DNA of 64,000 bases from Paraspadella gotoi (taxonomy: Eukaryota; Animalia; Chaetognatha): NCBI GenBank assembly GCA_051294375.1, contig CM119264.1:10000175-10064174 (forward strand). Reading direction: 5' to 3'. The notes under the pieces were generated by a model. The model was not told the origin of the DNA and ran no database searches. It saw only the letters and a program-made list of their open reading frames with translations. Below are positions 1 through 23,677 of the stretch, in pieces. Numbering within the stretch: the stretch's first letter is position 1; each line of letters begins with the position of its first letter. The position numbers and the translations under genes were made by a program.

Positions 1-3000
1 TTACTTGTATAAGCCACTCACAATGGCCGTTTGTATCGCCTGGGCGAAAGAAATGAGTAACGATCCATATGTAATGTTGTATTCCATGACTAATGCACTC
101 AAGAATATTCACTTGTGTCAAAAGGTCCATCCACCGAAAATGTTATCTTTGATTACTCTTATAAGTATAAATTGAACCGCCATCCTTCACCCGATAGTTC
201 TTACTCTACTTTCGTCGTCCCTCTACTCCTCTCTTCTCTCTCTGCGATTATAGATGTTTGTCCTAATTTTCTAAGAGGCGTCAACGAAGACTAATGCTTT
301 CGAAGAAAGAATCTGCTCTAAAATGTCGCATTTCCGTCAATTACTATCAAGAGTCTATCCGAAACTGCTCATAAAACAAAGACGAAACTGTGCNNNNNNN
401 NNNNNNNNNNNNNNNNNNNNNNNNNNNNNNNNNNNNNNNNNNNNNNNNNNNNNNNNNNNNNNNNNNNNNNNNNNNNNNNNNNNNNNNNNNNNNNNNNNNN
501 NNNNNNNNNNNNNNNNNNNNNNNNNNNNNNNNNNNNNNNNNNNNNNNNNNNNNNNNNNNNNNNNNNNNNNNNNNNNNNNNNNNNNNNNNNNNNNNNNNNN
601 NNNNNNNNNNTCGGAAAGTAAATAGAGGTCTGGAAAGAAAAAAAAAAGGGAAAACAATCCCGGAGGAAGGTCGAGACGAAAAAACAACGGCGCGAGTTTG
701 AAGGTTTGGGCTTGAAGTGAGTTGATTAACGACGGGACTAAAAGCATCGGAGAAAAATACTTCACGACCCGGTGAGGGGGGGGGNNNNNNNNNNNNNNNN
801 NNNNNNNNNNNNNNNNNNNNNNNNNNNNNNNNNNNNNNNNNNNNNNNNNNNNNNNNNNNNNNGAGAGAGAGAGAGAGAGAGAGAGAGAATAAAATAAGGC
901 AAAAGAGTGAGTAGGAACTCAGAGATAATAACCCTATCATTATCAAATTTCCACTAGACCCACCCACATCTATCCATTAACCATATTCATTCTAACTCAC
1001 CCTCCCTAAATCCATGGACACGAAGACCGAAAGAGCGAAGGAAAAGATGAGTTTAAACTAAGATGAGTTTAAACTTTCTCGTTTTTAGCGAAACTCGGTT
1101 TAACGACGCGGAATGAGGAGGTGGAAGGATGAAAGGAGGCAAAATATGGAAACTTTAGTGGAAAGAGAAAAGTTATCTAAAATAAGAAGTTATGTCAACC
1201 GCCGGTTGCCTGTCAACCCAGCTTGGGGGGACGTTTGTCCTGTTATCGTCTGACCATCTCGCTTAATAAACGCTGAGTGTTGTCGGATGTGAGGCAAATT
1301 GAGGCCCTGTGAATATACCGCCTCCGAGAAAGATTTTCTTTATCGAGGTTAAATTTTTGAATTTTTAAAAAAATTAATAATATCAATTCCAATGAAGAAA
1401 TCACAAGAGAGAGAATGAAGACATAAACGAGAATTTTCTGAATTTTCTGAGCACGAGAGGAGAAGATAGGTTCGAGTTATGAGGTTAACCGCCGACGACG
1501 ACTACGACGACAACGACGACGACAAGGACGACGACGACGACGATTAAAACCTACTTTGCTAAAAATGTTTCGCGAAGTTTTAGACGAGCGAGACTTGACC
1601 GAGCGGAAACGAAAATGAAAGATCGTTTGAGACTTAATGCCCATAGCAAAAAAAAATTTGGACAGGAAATTCGATATTTTACTATTTAAGATTTTTTTTT
1701 ACATTATGGTCTTTTTCACTCTGTTTACCATTCTTTTTATATCAACAACGGTAAATATTCGGAACTTAACCGAAAAAAAAAACTGTCCGTTCCACGTCGC
1801 TTAACGCAACTGAGAAAAAAAAGGGGAAAAAATCCCTTGGCAAAAAAAGAGAAAGGAAAATGGCTGACGCCCGCGGTTTTCACCGGTCATCGATTTCGAG
1901 CCTTCGATTAGTCAGCGCGAGAAGGCGAGGAGGTAGTCCGGGGCGGGTCTAAGAGAAGACATTGGAAAAAAGGTCAGAAGAGGGGCGTACAGGTAGTAGG
2001 GGTTCGGAGTGAGGTCGCGACTGAGGAATCCGTTATTAACGGCCAGAGGAAAACTGAGAGGGCAAGAGCGAAAAGGTCAGGCTAAAGCCTTAAGGGGTCA
2101 GGCAATGACCGCGGTCGAGCTCCAGATTTCTTATTGCGAAAAAAGCAATAAGACGTGGAAGGCGACGCCGAATTGTTTACAGAAAAGCAGCGTCGCCCTG
2201 TCTTTGTGGACGCCTCGCATTGATTGATCGATAAAATGCTGACGAAGAATTAATATTTTTAAGTAAATTAGTTACAAATTATACTAAATTTCCTTTTTAA
2301 TAATCGTGAAATAATTAGTTAGTGCTAATTATTTAACTATTTGCTTTTATATATTGATGTTTTGATTGTGACTGTATCTAAACCCTGATACGAATAAAAG
2401 TAATATAAAATTAGGTCCTTATCTTCAGGTGTGTTCAGATCACTGTATTCTTTCTTTGTTGAAAGTTTCAGCTTTCTCTCTCGCACGAAAATTTGTCCAA
2501 TTTTTCGCAACTCTCTTTTGCGCCGAAAAAAAAAAGGCTTGAATCTTGACATATCCGTTTTTTATTGTCTCAATTTTGAAACGAATCTGTAATATCAAAC
2601 TTTGAATGAAAAAAGGCGCGACATATTCCATCGTCGCGGTCGTTTCCCCTCCCTGCCAAAAAAACCTCCAGCTAATCTGAGGTCGAAAGTTGAATCACCG
2701 AAGCGAAGCAGCGCGTGAATCCGTGAGGCTGGATGCGGCGCGATAAGTGACCTCCTCCCGATGTCGGTGAACCTCCGTGAACCTTCGCGTCAATAACCAG
2801 AGTTCGAGACCAGATTCGTCGATTGAGCGAAATCGCGAGGAGCAACGACTTCGTGATAAGATTCACGCTGCGGAATCCGTAGAGTTTAGTAGAAGAGATA
2901 AAGGAGGAGAGCGGTAAGAATTCGTGTATGTCTTGGTACAAAAAGTAGAAAAAGTATTTATTCGTTCAATTAATAGGCTAACTTGCCCGAAATTTTGACA

Positions 3001-4072
3001 GGCTCCGTTAACATAACAAGACTGTGCAAGTTTTTAATTCATACTCAAGGACTAGTTTATTCCTTCAAACAGTACTGGGTTTCCCAATCATTGAAGCGAT
3101 ATAACATTTTATCAACTGTTTCATTTGAATATACATACCTATTAGGTATCAGATTTCAGGTCGAAGTTTCATCAGCTCCCCCTCCATCTCCGCCTCCTCC
3201 GCGCAAAGGGGAAGGGGTTAACCTCACCTCTCGACCTCACCCTAAAATCTCGCGATCGGAAGTTAACCCGAATCGGGGGAAAGATCGCGGAGAGCCTCTC
3301 ACCTTGTTTTTCGCTTTGGTTGGACGCAAACTGTCTCCACCTCGCTGGAGCGGAACGGGGAGAGAGAGAGAGAGAGAGGTAGGAGAGAGAGAAGAGGAGA
3401 GAAGAGAGAAGAGGTGAGAGAGAGAGAGACGAGAGAGACGAGAGAGGGCAGGAGATGATTGAGAGAGAGAAGAGAGAGAGATGAGAAGAGAGAGCAGAGA
3501 AGCATAAATAAAAAAGGAAAAGAAAGTCACCGATTTACCAATCCCTTCTTGTCGCTCTTTGTTGTTTGTCGTCGTCGCCGTCATCATCTTCGGTGTTGTT
3601 TCTTTTGTTTTTTTCCTTTTGATCCTTTTTCGTCGTCGTAGTCGTCGTCGTTGTCGTCTTTTTCTTTTTCGCCTGACAGATTTTCAAGGAATATCATCCG
3701 GTGCAATCGAATCAAAATGACATAAAAGCGAAACGGATTTATTTTTATACAAGAAAATATCGAATTAAATCGAGATGATTTTTTTTTTACGACTATTCGT
3801 AACCAATTCATCATATTATTATTAATCTTGTAGATGTTAGCAACTCGGAATCAGTTTCAGTATCGGTAATCATGGCGTTTCACAGTTCAATTACAAATTT
3901 CGGAGGATTGTAGGACGATGAGTAATGGAGGATGAAGCTGATTATAAAGTTTCGGTTATTCTATCCATTATTATTCTATCCGTCTCTCCATGAGTCTGTC
4001 CCTGTGTCAGTCTGACAAAAAAAAAATTGTTTGCAACAAAACGGACTCGATCCTATTTCTCTTTCTTTCCAG

Positions 4073-14312
<10,240 letters not shown>

Positions 14313-14315
<3 letters not shown>

Positions 14316-14407
14316 CTAGGGGCCTGCGACGCCGAGACGCCCGACTCTTCCGCCCTCTTCATCAAGTCGCTCATTTGTTCCGACGCCGCGTTGGACGACG
14401 GCGTCGC
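14313..14407 (+). promoter_or_regulatory. Putative translational readthrough signal: TGA CTAG plus 3' stem
   Basis: TGA CTA G at 14313-14319. GCGACGCCG (14326-14334) is the exact reverse complement of CGGCGTCGC (14399-14407) and starts after a 10-nt spacer. Confidence 0.5.
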
Positions 14408-15053
14408 CGCTGACGACGACGACGACGACGCCGGTGACGACGATAATCGTGACGACGCCGTCTCTCTCGCCTTCTCCTCTTCCTCCTCCCCCCGCCATTC
14501 CTCATCCCTATCCTCGTCCAGACTTCGTCGTTTCCGGTCCGAACGCGATCTCCGCGGCCGACGTGGCGGCGGCGGCGGCGGCGGTGGCGCTTCGCCGGGT
14601 GAGGTCGCTTCATCTCTACTGATGACTGGAGACTCGGGATCATGGGGCGCCTTCGTCCCCGCCATGGCGCCAAACTATTCCCCCTCCCCCGCCCACTTTG
14701 GCGGATCGATCTCGCCGGCCCACTGCGGGGTCTACCGTTTCCAGTCGGAGCATCAACAGCAGCAGCAGCAAGAACAGCATCACATGACCAAATACGACCG
14801 ACCCATCGTCCGAAGAGACTTAAAGATGCCACCAACGACGTCGACGACGGCCTCAACGACGGCGTCGACCCACCCGGATCAGAGGTCAGAGGTGAGAGGT
14901 CGCGACTTGAAGCTCGTCGAGTTTCTCCAGAGGTCAAGGGTCGATTCTTCTGCGTCGCGAGCGTCACGGGACACGCCCCCAAACAGGTGGCCGAACGATG
15001 GCAGCACGAGTTCCTCGGGAATCGAAACTGATCAACTCATTTCCAGTTATTGA
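14316..15053 (+). CDS. In-frame C-terminal extension (245 codons) beyond UGA-CUAG; candidate readthrough product, or partly an alternative terminal exon
   Basis: Same frame as the upstream exon and open from 14316 (LGACDAETPDSSALFIKSLICSDAALDDGV...) to TGA at 15051-15053 (...GIETDQLISSY*). GC-rich and coding-like, followed by AT-rich 3'UTR-like sequence. Confidence 0.65.
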   Translation, partial: LGACDAETPDSSALFIKSLICSDAALDDGVAADDDDDDAGDDDNRDDAVSLAFSSSSSPRHSSSLSSSRLRRFRSERDLRGRRGGGGGGGGASPGEVASSLLMTGDSGSWGAFVPAMAPNYSPSPAHFGGSISPAHCGVYRFQSEHQQQQQQEQHHMTKYDRPIVRRDLKMPPTTSTTASTTASTHPDQRSEVRGRDLKLVEFLQRSRVDSSASRASRDTPPNRWPNDGSTSSSGIETDQLISSY

Positions 15054-16279
15054 ATCTTTCTCTCTCTCTCTCTGTCAACAAACATGCCAGAAAGTATGTT
15101 TTGTTTTCTATTTTGTTTTATGTTTGTTTTTTTTTTTTGTCGAAAACTAAAAACACTTTTGTTTAATATGATGGAATCTTGAAAATCGGATATTTGCACT
15201 TTTTCTTTTTGGTTCGCTGTTAAACTTTTGTGCATAGAAATACATCTAGTTTTACTTCAGAGGGAAAAAAGGCATTTTCTTAGTATCACATATCATTTTC
15301 TACGCTTAAGAGTGTTATGTTTGCCAAAAAATGTATGATTAAATACATGTTTTATATCTGACCTCCGAGAGGTTGTATTTCTTGTCACATAAAAAAATTG
15401 TGTTCAACAAAAAATTCCGATTTCACTGCCTTTCAAACCCCTTTATTTATAAATGAGTATTGAATAAAATGGCTACAAATGAATATGACTAATTTTTTTA
15501 TTCGAATCGGCGTCTTGAAACAGCAAAAGATGCATAGCATGTGATTCATCCAATGAATGAAACTCAGAATGTTTGTCACTAAAAACAATTGCATGAAAAC
15601 CTTTAAAAAAAAATTAAAAGCGTGGATTTTGTTCGACTAACAGTAACACGATATTTTGAGAAATACTATCGTACGTAATTTCTTTTAAAATAAAATTAAC
15701 AAACAATTATTTTCGACTTTTAATTTTCCGGTTTTTAAGGTTGATAACGAAACCTTTGTTCGTCTTCTAGACCTTGATCATCTTTTGATGATGACTTTGC
15801 ATTATATTTTTTTCATATGGTTCAAACCAGAATTAATTTTTAACCTGGAATAAGTTTTTTCTACTTCTCAATTTTTTGAAAAAGACAAAGCTCTTCCGCG
15901 CAGCCAACCCCGAATACAACTCAATCTGTAAATAAAAAAATATTGTTGTATAATTTTGTCTCTGAACATTAAGTTGTGATTTCTAAATTTTGAAAGATAA
16001 CTTTTGTAATGCTATGTTGTCTCATTTTTTTTTATTTTGAAGGCTGAGTCTGCTAGAATTTCAAGTTATTTAACCATATCTACTTTTTTCTTCTTCCAAC
16101 GGCTGACTGTAAGTTAAATAGTATGAAAATAATTAATGAAAAAATTATGATGAAAATTTGAGGAAGAGAAAAAGAAAGACAGTAGAAGAAAGGATTTAAT
16201 GAAAAAAAAGGATGAGGAGGGTAAGTCATAAATGGAAGAACGGATACCAAAGGAGAGAGAAAAAAGAAACAAGAAAAAA

Positions 16280-16415
<136 letters not shown>

Positions 16416-17610
16416 AAAAAAATAGGAAGGGAAAGGGAGAGCAAGAGTCCAGAGGCCGGCTTCCGTCTCATTCGAATCATAAAAACTGAATTTCCGTCTG
16501 AAAAAAAAAATCATTTTTCTCCGGAATTCGATGAATAATTCAGAACCGGCGGGTTTTTCAATTTGACGCTGTTCACGACCGCTCACAAGTCAGAACTGCC
16601 TCGAATTCAAGAGAGAAAAGTTTTAAATCTTAAAAAAGAGGAACGTGAATTTTTTTGTGATTTTTTTTTCATTCCGGGATTCCTATCATCTCGTGACAAG
16701 TCTTATCTGTGTTGTGACGAGGATTTTTCATGATGTTTTTGTCACGATGCACAACTAAACTTTATCCTCGCTGTGACGATTTAAATCGAGTTCGTTATTT
16801 AAAAATTATACATACATACCGGCTTCTCGTAGATCTTGGCATTTGTAAATATGCGAAATGTAAATATATCACAGGTATTATACAGTCATCGAGGAAGAAT
16901 CTGCTTACTGACTTGACATTAGTTGTCGGCTCTTCAGATCATGACTCGTCTTGAGAAGAAAATAGAATGTCACGCGTCTTTCTTTAGCGAGCCGCGCCCA
17001 CAATAAAGAATCGTATTCAAATGCAAATTGAATTGCCAGAAAGACTGCGTAAATATTTGTAGCTAATTGTATCGAAATGACCTTCAAAAAAGAAAAAAAA
17101 AAACAGTTTCTTGAGGCTTAAAAAATGTCGTTTGAATTCGACACGACCACCTCCGGAACCACCATCCCCTCGACTACCTCCATTCTCAACCACCACCGCC
17201 CCTCAATTCATTTCCCTTCGTTCGTCCTTCGTTGAGTCCTTGACGATTTTCCAAACTTTGAATTTCCCTTTCATTTCTCCTTCTCTCTTTTCATATTTTC
17301 TATTCTTCTTTCTTTCTTTCGTGTTTACAACGACTCCTTTAAAATCCTTCCTCCTTCCCTTCGTTTTATGCAGAATTTAGCCTTCGTAAACAACTATCGC
17401 TGTCATATTTTTTAAAATTCGACACCCTTTCGTTTTGGATATTTATAATAACACTTCTAATAGCTAAAGCTTCTCTCTCTTTCTCTCTCTCTCCACTCTT
17501 TCTTTTGTTCCTTCCCTTTTTTCAATCTACTCTCTCTCTCCCTTTCTTTTTGTGGATATTTATAAACACTTCTAATAGCTAAAGCCTTCTCTCTCTCTCT
17601 CACTCTCTCC

Positions 17611-17647
<37 letters not shown>

Positions 17648-17824
17648 CTCTCCCTTTAAATTAATCCATCTTTCCATCCAATACTCTTTCCTTTTTTTAT
17701 CGATCACTTTCTGTCCATCTCCACCATCTTTCCATCCCCCGACCCTTCTTCCATCTCTCCATCTCTTCGAAGCGAATTTCGCTTCGATGAATTCCTCAAT
17801 TCTCTTGAAACTCATCAACGTCAG

Positions 17825-18222
17825 ATGTCCTCACTCGAACTGGCGACGACGACGACGATATCGACGACCACGGCGACGGGACTTCTCAGACCGCAAGTCT
17901 CAACGTACCCACAGCCCTACCGCTTACCCCCGCAACTGCTAAGCGTCCACTCTCCATTAGCCGCTCCAGTTTTAAACTCCATTGGCCACAGTTCGAAGGG
18001 AGTAGTTTCGAGTTCACAGAAAACGACAACCATGACGAAATGACAACGACGACAACTACGAAGATAAAGCAGAGTATGGCGGCTGAAACTCGTGGTACAA
18101 TCGGTTTAATCTCAATCTCCAAAAAAAATGAATCAAAACTTTGCTGGGTTGACATTGCTTTTTTAAACTATTTCTATTTTAAACTCGAAGTTAAATGGAG
18201 AAAAGAAATGCCACGTTATTAG
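17825..18222 (+). other. Isolated coding-like exon, possibly an alternative terminal exon of the Ig-LDLa-TM gene
   Basis: Pyrimidine-rich stretch and cag acceptor ending 17824. Two frames are open: phase 1 (DVLTRTGDDDDDIDDHGDG...AAETRG, to 18222) and phase 0 (MSSLELATTT..., to 18043). Confidence 0.3.
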
Positions 18223-18753
18223 TAAAAAAAAAATTATCTATATTTACGAAACTTCCATCGGTAGGAACAACAAAGCAAAAAGTAATCGTTAATTATGAAA
18301 AATAACAAGCGATAAATTTCGAAGCGGATCATTAGTCAACATTCGTCCCTAGTTTAAGTTAATCAAAAGATCGTTTTGCGAAAGTAAAACCTCGTTAAGA
18401 CGAAGTGAATGAGCGGAATGGTCGCGAGCGAGTCTCTCTGTCGCTATTAGTTTTATACAGTACCGTTGTAAAAGATCAACACGGAAAATAAGCATGAAAC
18501 ATGTCGAAAAGTTAGAGGAAAAAAATATCTTTAAATAAATTTGGAGTGCCAAAATAAAAAAAAAACTTCATTAATTATCCTACATCATACTACGACATAG
18601 AACATTTATGGTCATGTTCCAAACCAATGAGACAAAGAGAGAACGCCCACGTGATCGAACAAGCGGTTTGGTTTAGTCTTTAAGATGCCGTTTTAATTTT
18701 TCCTTGCGTCGCGCGTATCCAGGTCGGAGGGAAAGTGAAATTTATAACACGAA

Positions 18754-21700
18754 TCATGTCACAGGGGTTCTCACGGTTTCCATGGCGATAGAATCGTCGC
18801 CAAATCGCGAGCGCCTATCGTAGACAGTGTCCTCGTCATCGAATCTCAAGAGGCCACTCCTGGAAACAAAAAGGAGGAAAAAAAAGAGCCACATTTGTTA
18901 ATTTATGTTATGTTTTATTACTTAACTTTTTTCAGATACATTGTTTAGTGAATCGCGCTAAGCTACTTTACAAAATCGCATTGCGTCACTCAATAGGCTT
19001 ATAATTATATTTTCAATTAATTATTTTTTGGGTACTATATTTATATTTCATATTTTTTTATTAGATGATATTATATTACATTGATAATGACAGAGCGAGC
19101 AGGTTTTGCGACTTGGAGGAACCAGAGAGAGAAAATTGACAAACGAGGGTTGCAATCCTTTGTTGTATAACGACAAAAAAGATGGACAATGGACAAGATA
19201 AAAACTTTAAAAATATCACTCTGAAATGTTATTAGTAAATATATCTTTAAATTTGGCTTATAACAAGTACTCGATAGAAAAGGTTGGTAAATGGAATTGA
19301 GCGCGATGTTAACCCGTGATAAAACAAAAAGGAAAAAAAAAGAAAAAAAAAAACTTAAGAAAAAGTCATCTCTAAACGTTCATACCAAGTATACATGACA
19401 GCAGTTTGTGTGGTATTTTAGTGTTTAAATAATTCCACATGACTTGAACTAGCCTCTCGTAAAAACTATGTGGCTCTACATGAAAGATTTTTACTATTTC
19501 TATAGAAATAAAATCGATTTTAAAATCGTGTCCACTTTTGTCATCAATACTTTCTACGATTGAATCCCCAAGAAAAGTCGAATGTTATGAAAAAGAAATT
19601 ACCTGGCAGTCAAGCTGCCAGACCGCCAGCGAGGATGAATGACGGTCAGCTATAAAAGTGGAACGCATTAAAGGAACCAAGAAAACGAAAATTCGATCAA
19701 GTCCGTACAGAAATGACCACAGCATGATTACTGCTTTTTTTCGAAGGAAGCAAAAAGATATATTATATATAAACTCAGTGAATAAAGGCCATCCCAAGAT
19801 ATATTTTTTTTTTCAAATTAGATACGGGTTTTGCATGTTGGGAACACGTTTTAAATTGAACTAATTATTTCTTACTGTTACTTGATAATTATCAATCTGT
19901 TAATCTGTAACTGTTTCACTTGGTCACTATCGAGAAATAAAGCAAATCACATCAAATCAAAACGATTGATTCTTGTTTACTTATTTATTTAAAATTTAAA
20001 ATGTACAAAATAAAACTACAGACATTTTACCTTTCAGAATCTCGACGATTGGCCTGTCGAGTTTTGAGGAAGTAAAGGACAGAAGCGACAATCGCGATTC
20101 CAATCAAAAGTGCAATGAACCTGTTCAAAATGAATTTTTTTTAATTTTGATTTTTTTTGGTTTCATAATTTATTTATTTTTCCTATTTTTTTATTTTCGT
20201 TTTTTAATTCATTTTAATTTTTTACTGTTGTATTTTTTTTTATTTCTGTCTTTGTTATTTCAATCTCTTTTCTTCATAATAAAAAAATAGACAAATGAAA
20301 GAATTGTCAAGAAATGTACATCTTATTTATGCCAATAAAAACTTTCGTTTTCACTAAATCTTCAGGGATGAAAAATAGCCCCACATCCTAATCGAGGTGT
20401 CGACGCTACTTACCCCCAGGTGACGGCGCTGCCGGTGCTGGCGGGGTAAGCGTCGAAATCGTTGAGATCCTTGGCCTCGAGCCATTCGTCGCCCTCGTTG
20501 TCTTTGGTCTTTTTCGAATTCTTCGCCGTCTTCAGGTAAGGATCGTTGGGGGTGGGGCATACCAACGCCTCCTCCGTCCAGTGGAGACGCTTTTCGTGCG
20601 GCGCCGAGAAAAGATTGTTCCACAACGAGGTCGCAGCCGCAGCGTTGGCCTGGGTGAGTTGAGGTAAGGGAGGAGGATGTGAAAGGAAATTCTAAATTGA
20701 AAGCTGTCACTGCCTCTGTCTTTCTTTCTCTGATTACTTCTATTCACAAAAATCCTCATTACTGCTTCACCAATTTTTTTTAAAGATTTTTTCCCCGAAT
20801 TAAATTTATTTTTAAACCAGCCTTCTCGGTTTTCTCCCTCCAATATTGTTCCCACCATTTGTCCATCTCGATCTAATATCATTTCGTTTGGTTTTATTTA
20901 TTTTTTTTTCATTTCATTTCATTTCATTTCATTTCAATTTCATTTCTTTTCATTTCATTTAGTTTCATTTATTTTTAATTTCATCTCATCCTCACTTTGG
21001 CTGAAAGATGAAAGCAATCGAGCGCAAAGAAACTCAGGTCGGGCGTTCCCTTAAAATCGCCGTTCTTCGTCGTGGGCGGGGCGTTGGCGAAGACGGGTTG
21101 ACGGACGACGGTGAAGTTGTCGAAGGCTTCGAACTCACCCGCCAGGTGATCCAGCATCTGCGGCGGAAGGAGAGAAGTAAATCTATCTTTCTCCTTGTCT
21201 CCCTTTTTCTCTTTTTCTCTCTCTCTTTCTTTCTATTACTTCTCTCTCTCTCTCTCTCTCTCTCTCTTACCTTCCCGTACTCCCCCCTTAGCCAATTCCC
21301 TTGCGCCAAGTTCTCCATCTTCCCTGAAGCAAAGTAAGGACACTCGTTCGTCAAGAAAGTCCGACAGACGGGCGCCGCTTTGGCCATGGCGCTCGTTGAC
21401 ATCGGGATGTCGCCGGGCGCCACAAGGTTGACGAAGACCCTCGGCATGGTCCTCAGCGTGTCCAACGACGCCTGGAGAGACTTGAAGAAGTGCTCTGGGA
21501 GTTTGTCGCTGTCGTAGGTGCAGAGATCCGCGCCCCCGACGAAGAGAGTTACGAGTTTCCAATCTTCCACGAAATTGACTCGCTGAAAATAAATGAGAAG
21601 AGATTAGGGTTACTACTTGTTTTAGTATTTTTATTGCACTGTAATAAATCAATGAACCGTTTGTATTTCTTTTTTTTTTTCTGCAGTGTCAACGCACCCG

Positions 21701-23125
21701 GTCGCTTCGTATCCGCTCCACCAGCTCCGCCGCTTGCCGCGGAATGTCCGCCGCCGACGCGCCAGCGCTGGCCACCTCGAAATCCTCGCCGCTACCCTGA
21801 CTCGCGTAACCAACGACGTTCGGGTTGTACATTCGGAGGAAATTGGGTAAAGTTGTCACCTCGTGGATTGAACTGTCGCCGCCAACACTCCAAGACCTTA
21901 AATATGTAAGGGGTGATAAGGGTAATGGACTGTGTAGATAACAGAACGGGTAGGAAAAGAAGGCAGAGTGTGACGAAGAGTTAAAAAGAGATAAAACTAA
22001 ATAAACAATATTCAATATTCAGTGAGGACGAATGGATTTATATCTTGAATTATAGATGTGCTCCCAGCCGGAACGGGAGAGAGAGTGATGAAGAAACGGC
22101 AGATCATCAAATATGTAAATTCTAAATTAGGCTATCGTGTTTCGCGATGGAAGCGTCACGAGGCAATGACGTCTTAAGGATGTTTGGCGCCACGACGCCA
22201 ACGAATGTCGTCAACGAAGGCTGACGTTAAAAGCCCGAGATGACGAGAGCATCGAAAACGTCTCAGCCTCTGACAAGGACGAGAAGGCTGCGTTTTCAAT
22301 ATTTGGCGAGGACGGAGGTTTTAGGTTTCAATGACTTGACGTTTTTTTTCAATAAAAACCTCTTCAAATTTAATATAAATATACTTTCATGCGTAATATC
22401 AATTTTTTATAAAAGTATTCATTTTTCCCTTCTTTCACATGATAATCGTTTCTCATTTCCATTTCGCCATTTCGTTTTCCATTCGTCGTGCTTTTTTCCC
22501 ACCTCCGTTTCCGCCCCCCCCCCATTTTTAACCTGCCCCGCCACTCTTTTGCCGTCTCCTCCGGCCGGGTCGCCAGCGCCCGAAGCCTGTGGAGAGGGAG
22601 TCGCCGAGGGCGGCGACGACCCTGACGTCGCTCGGACGAAGTTGATGGACGGAAGTCGGGACCCTGGAGGAAGAGGGAAGGGTCTGGCAGGAGAAGCTGC
22701 CTCGCGCACGGAGAGTTTGATCGTTGGCGTCTGGATTGAGGGGAGTTGGGAGATATGCAGTGAGTGAGGTAGGAATTTGGGGACTTAAGGCAAAGTCATG
22801 AAATGTCATGACTCATGAGTCATGACAGTGTCATGATATAAAGAGCGTTATCTTTTTTATGAGCTTTGTAACGTATAAGCGTCATGGTTAAAGGAGTGAA
22901 GATAAATCAAAACTAGAGAGCCTCACCATCGAAGAGTCGGAGATGCTCTGTCCAAGCGGCTTGGTTCTTTTTCACTTGTTCCGCCGCTTGATTCACTTTC
23001 GAAGCAAAGTCGTCCGCGGCGGCTGCGGCTGCGGCGGCGGCGTCTCCGGACGCTTCTCGACGAACGACGACGCAGAAGGAAAACAAAAGGCAGAGAAGCG
23101 ACGGGAGGTGGCGCGGGGCGTTCAT
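18754..23125 (-). CDS. PLB1: Phospholipase B1-like (GDSL/SGNH hydrolase), single catalytic domain, signal peptide and C-terminal TM
   Basis: Exons 23125-22927 ([21 protein letters not shown], signal), 22730-22533 ([21 protein letters not shown]; one apparent 1-nt indel before ...KEWRG), 21896-21698 (SWSVGGD...[11 protein letters not shown]), 21582-21271 ([16 protein letters not shown]...PRVFVNLV), 21157-20996 (FTVVRQP...[13 protein letters not shown]), 20649-20414 (LWNNL...[11 protein letters not shown]), 20120-20031 ([20 protein letters not shown]), 18859-18754 (...ETVRTPVT*). These are characteristic PLB1-family motifs. Confidence 0.9.
22804..22827. other. Perfect 24-bp palindrome containing two abutting AP-1-like heptamers, PLB1 intron 1
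   Basis: tgtcaTGACTCA-TGAGTCAtgaca; also present in the inverted copy near 42140-42162. Confidence 0.6.
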
Positions 23126-23632
23126 GGCTGCGGAAATTCAATTTCAGACGAAAATTCGATCAAAAAATACTTGACGCTGATGAAAACGTGATTTACAAAT
23201 CAAGAGTTGCTGAGTTAAATTTAAAATAAGTTAGGAGGCGAAAAATTATTAATTTAGTTATTTCCGATGGGTTTAACGTTTTCTCCTTCGTTAACTAAAC
23301 AGTTTTCATACATACTTGAATTTAGCCTCTTTTTTTTGCACGTGATCCAAATCAATCTCGACGAATGTTTTTAATGTTTATTGTAATCCATATAGTTATT
23401 AGTTAGTGAAGGTGCGGTATTACATTTCAGACAAATCGGTTTTTTTTTTAGTCCCTTCAAATGGCATTTCCTGTTAAAGAGTTTAACTTGAAAATACCGA
23501 AGGCGATTTACTCAATTAAAGATTTACTGAAAATTCACTCTGATGAAAAAAAATGCACAGAGTTGTTATTTTCGATTTCGACTCGATAAAAGGAAAACGG
23601 CAGCACAGCCTCGACGGGAGCCTTTCATTCAC

Positions 23633-23677
<45 letters not shown>

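Noticed and set aside
323-967. ORFs spanning N-runs (also at 5200-5848, 6256-6555 and 11212-11638)
   Set aside because: Open only because N codons contain no stops.
2672-2932. GC-balanced block with an acceptor and a gtaag donor, considered as the missing first Ig exon
   Set aside because: No frame is open across it and it has no signal peptide or Ig Cys; at most a UTR exon.
19603-19649. 47-nt AG/GT-bounded segment with a ctggcag hairpin in the last PLB1 intron
   Set aside because: Introduces an immediate TGA in the required phase; no other support.
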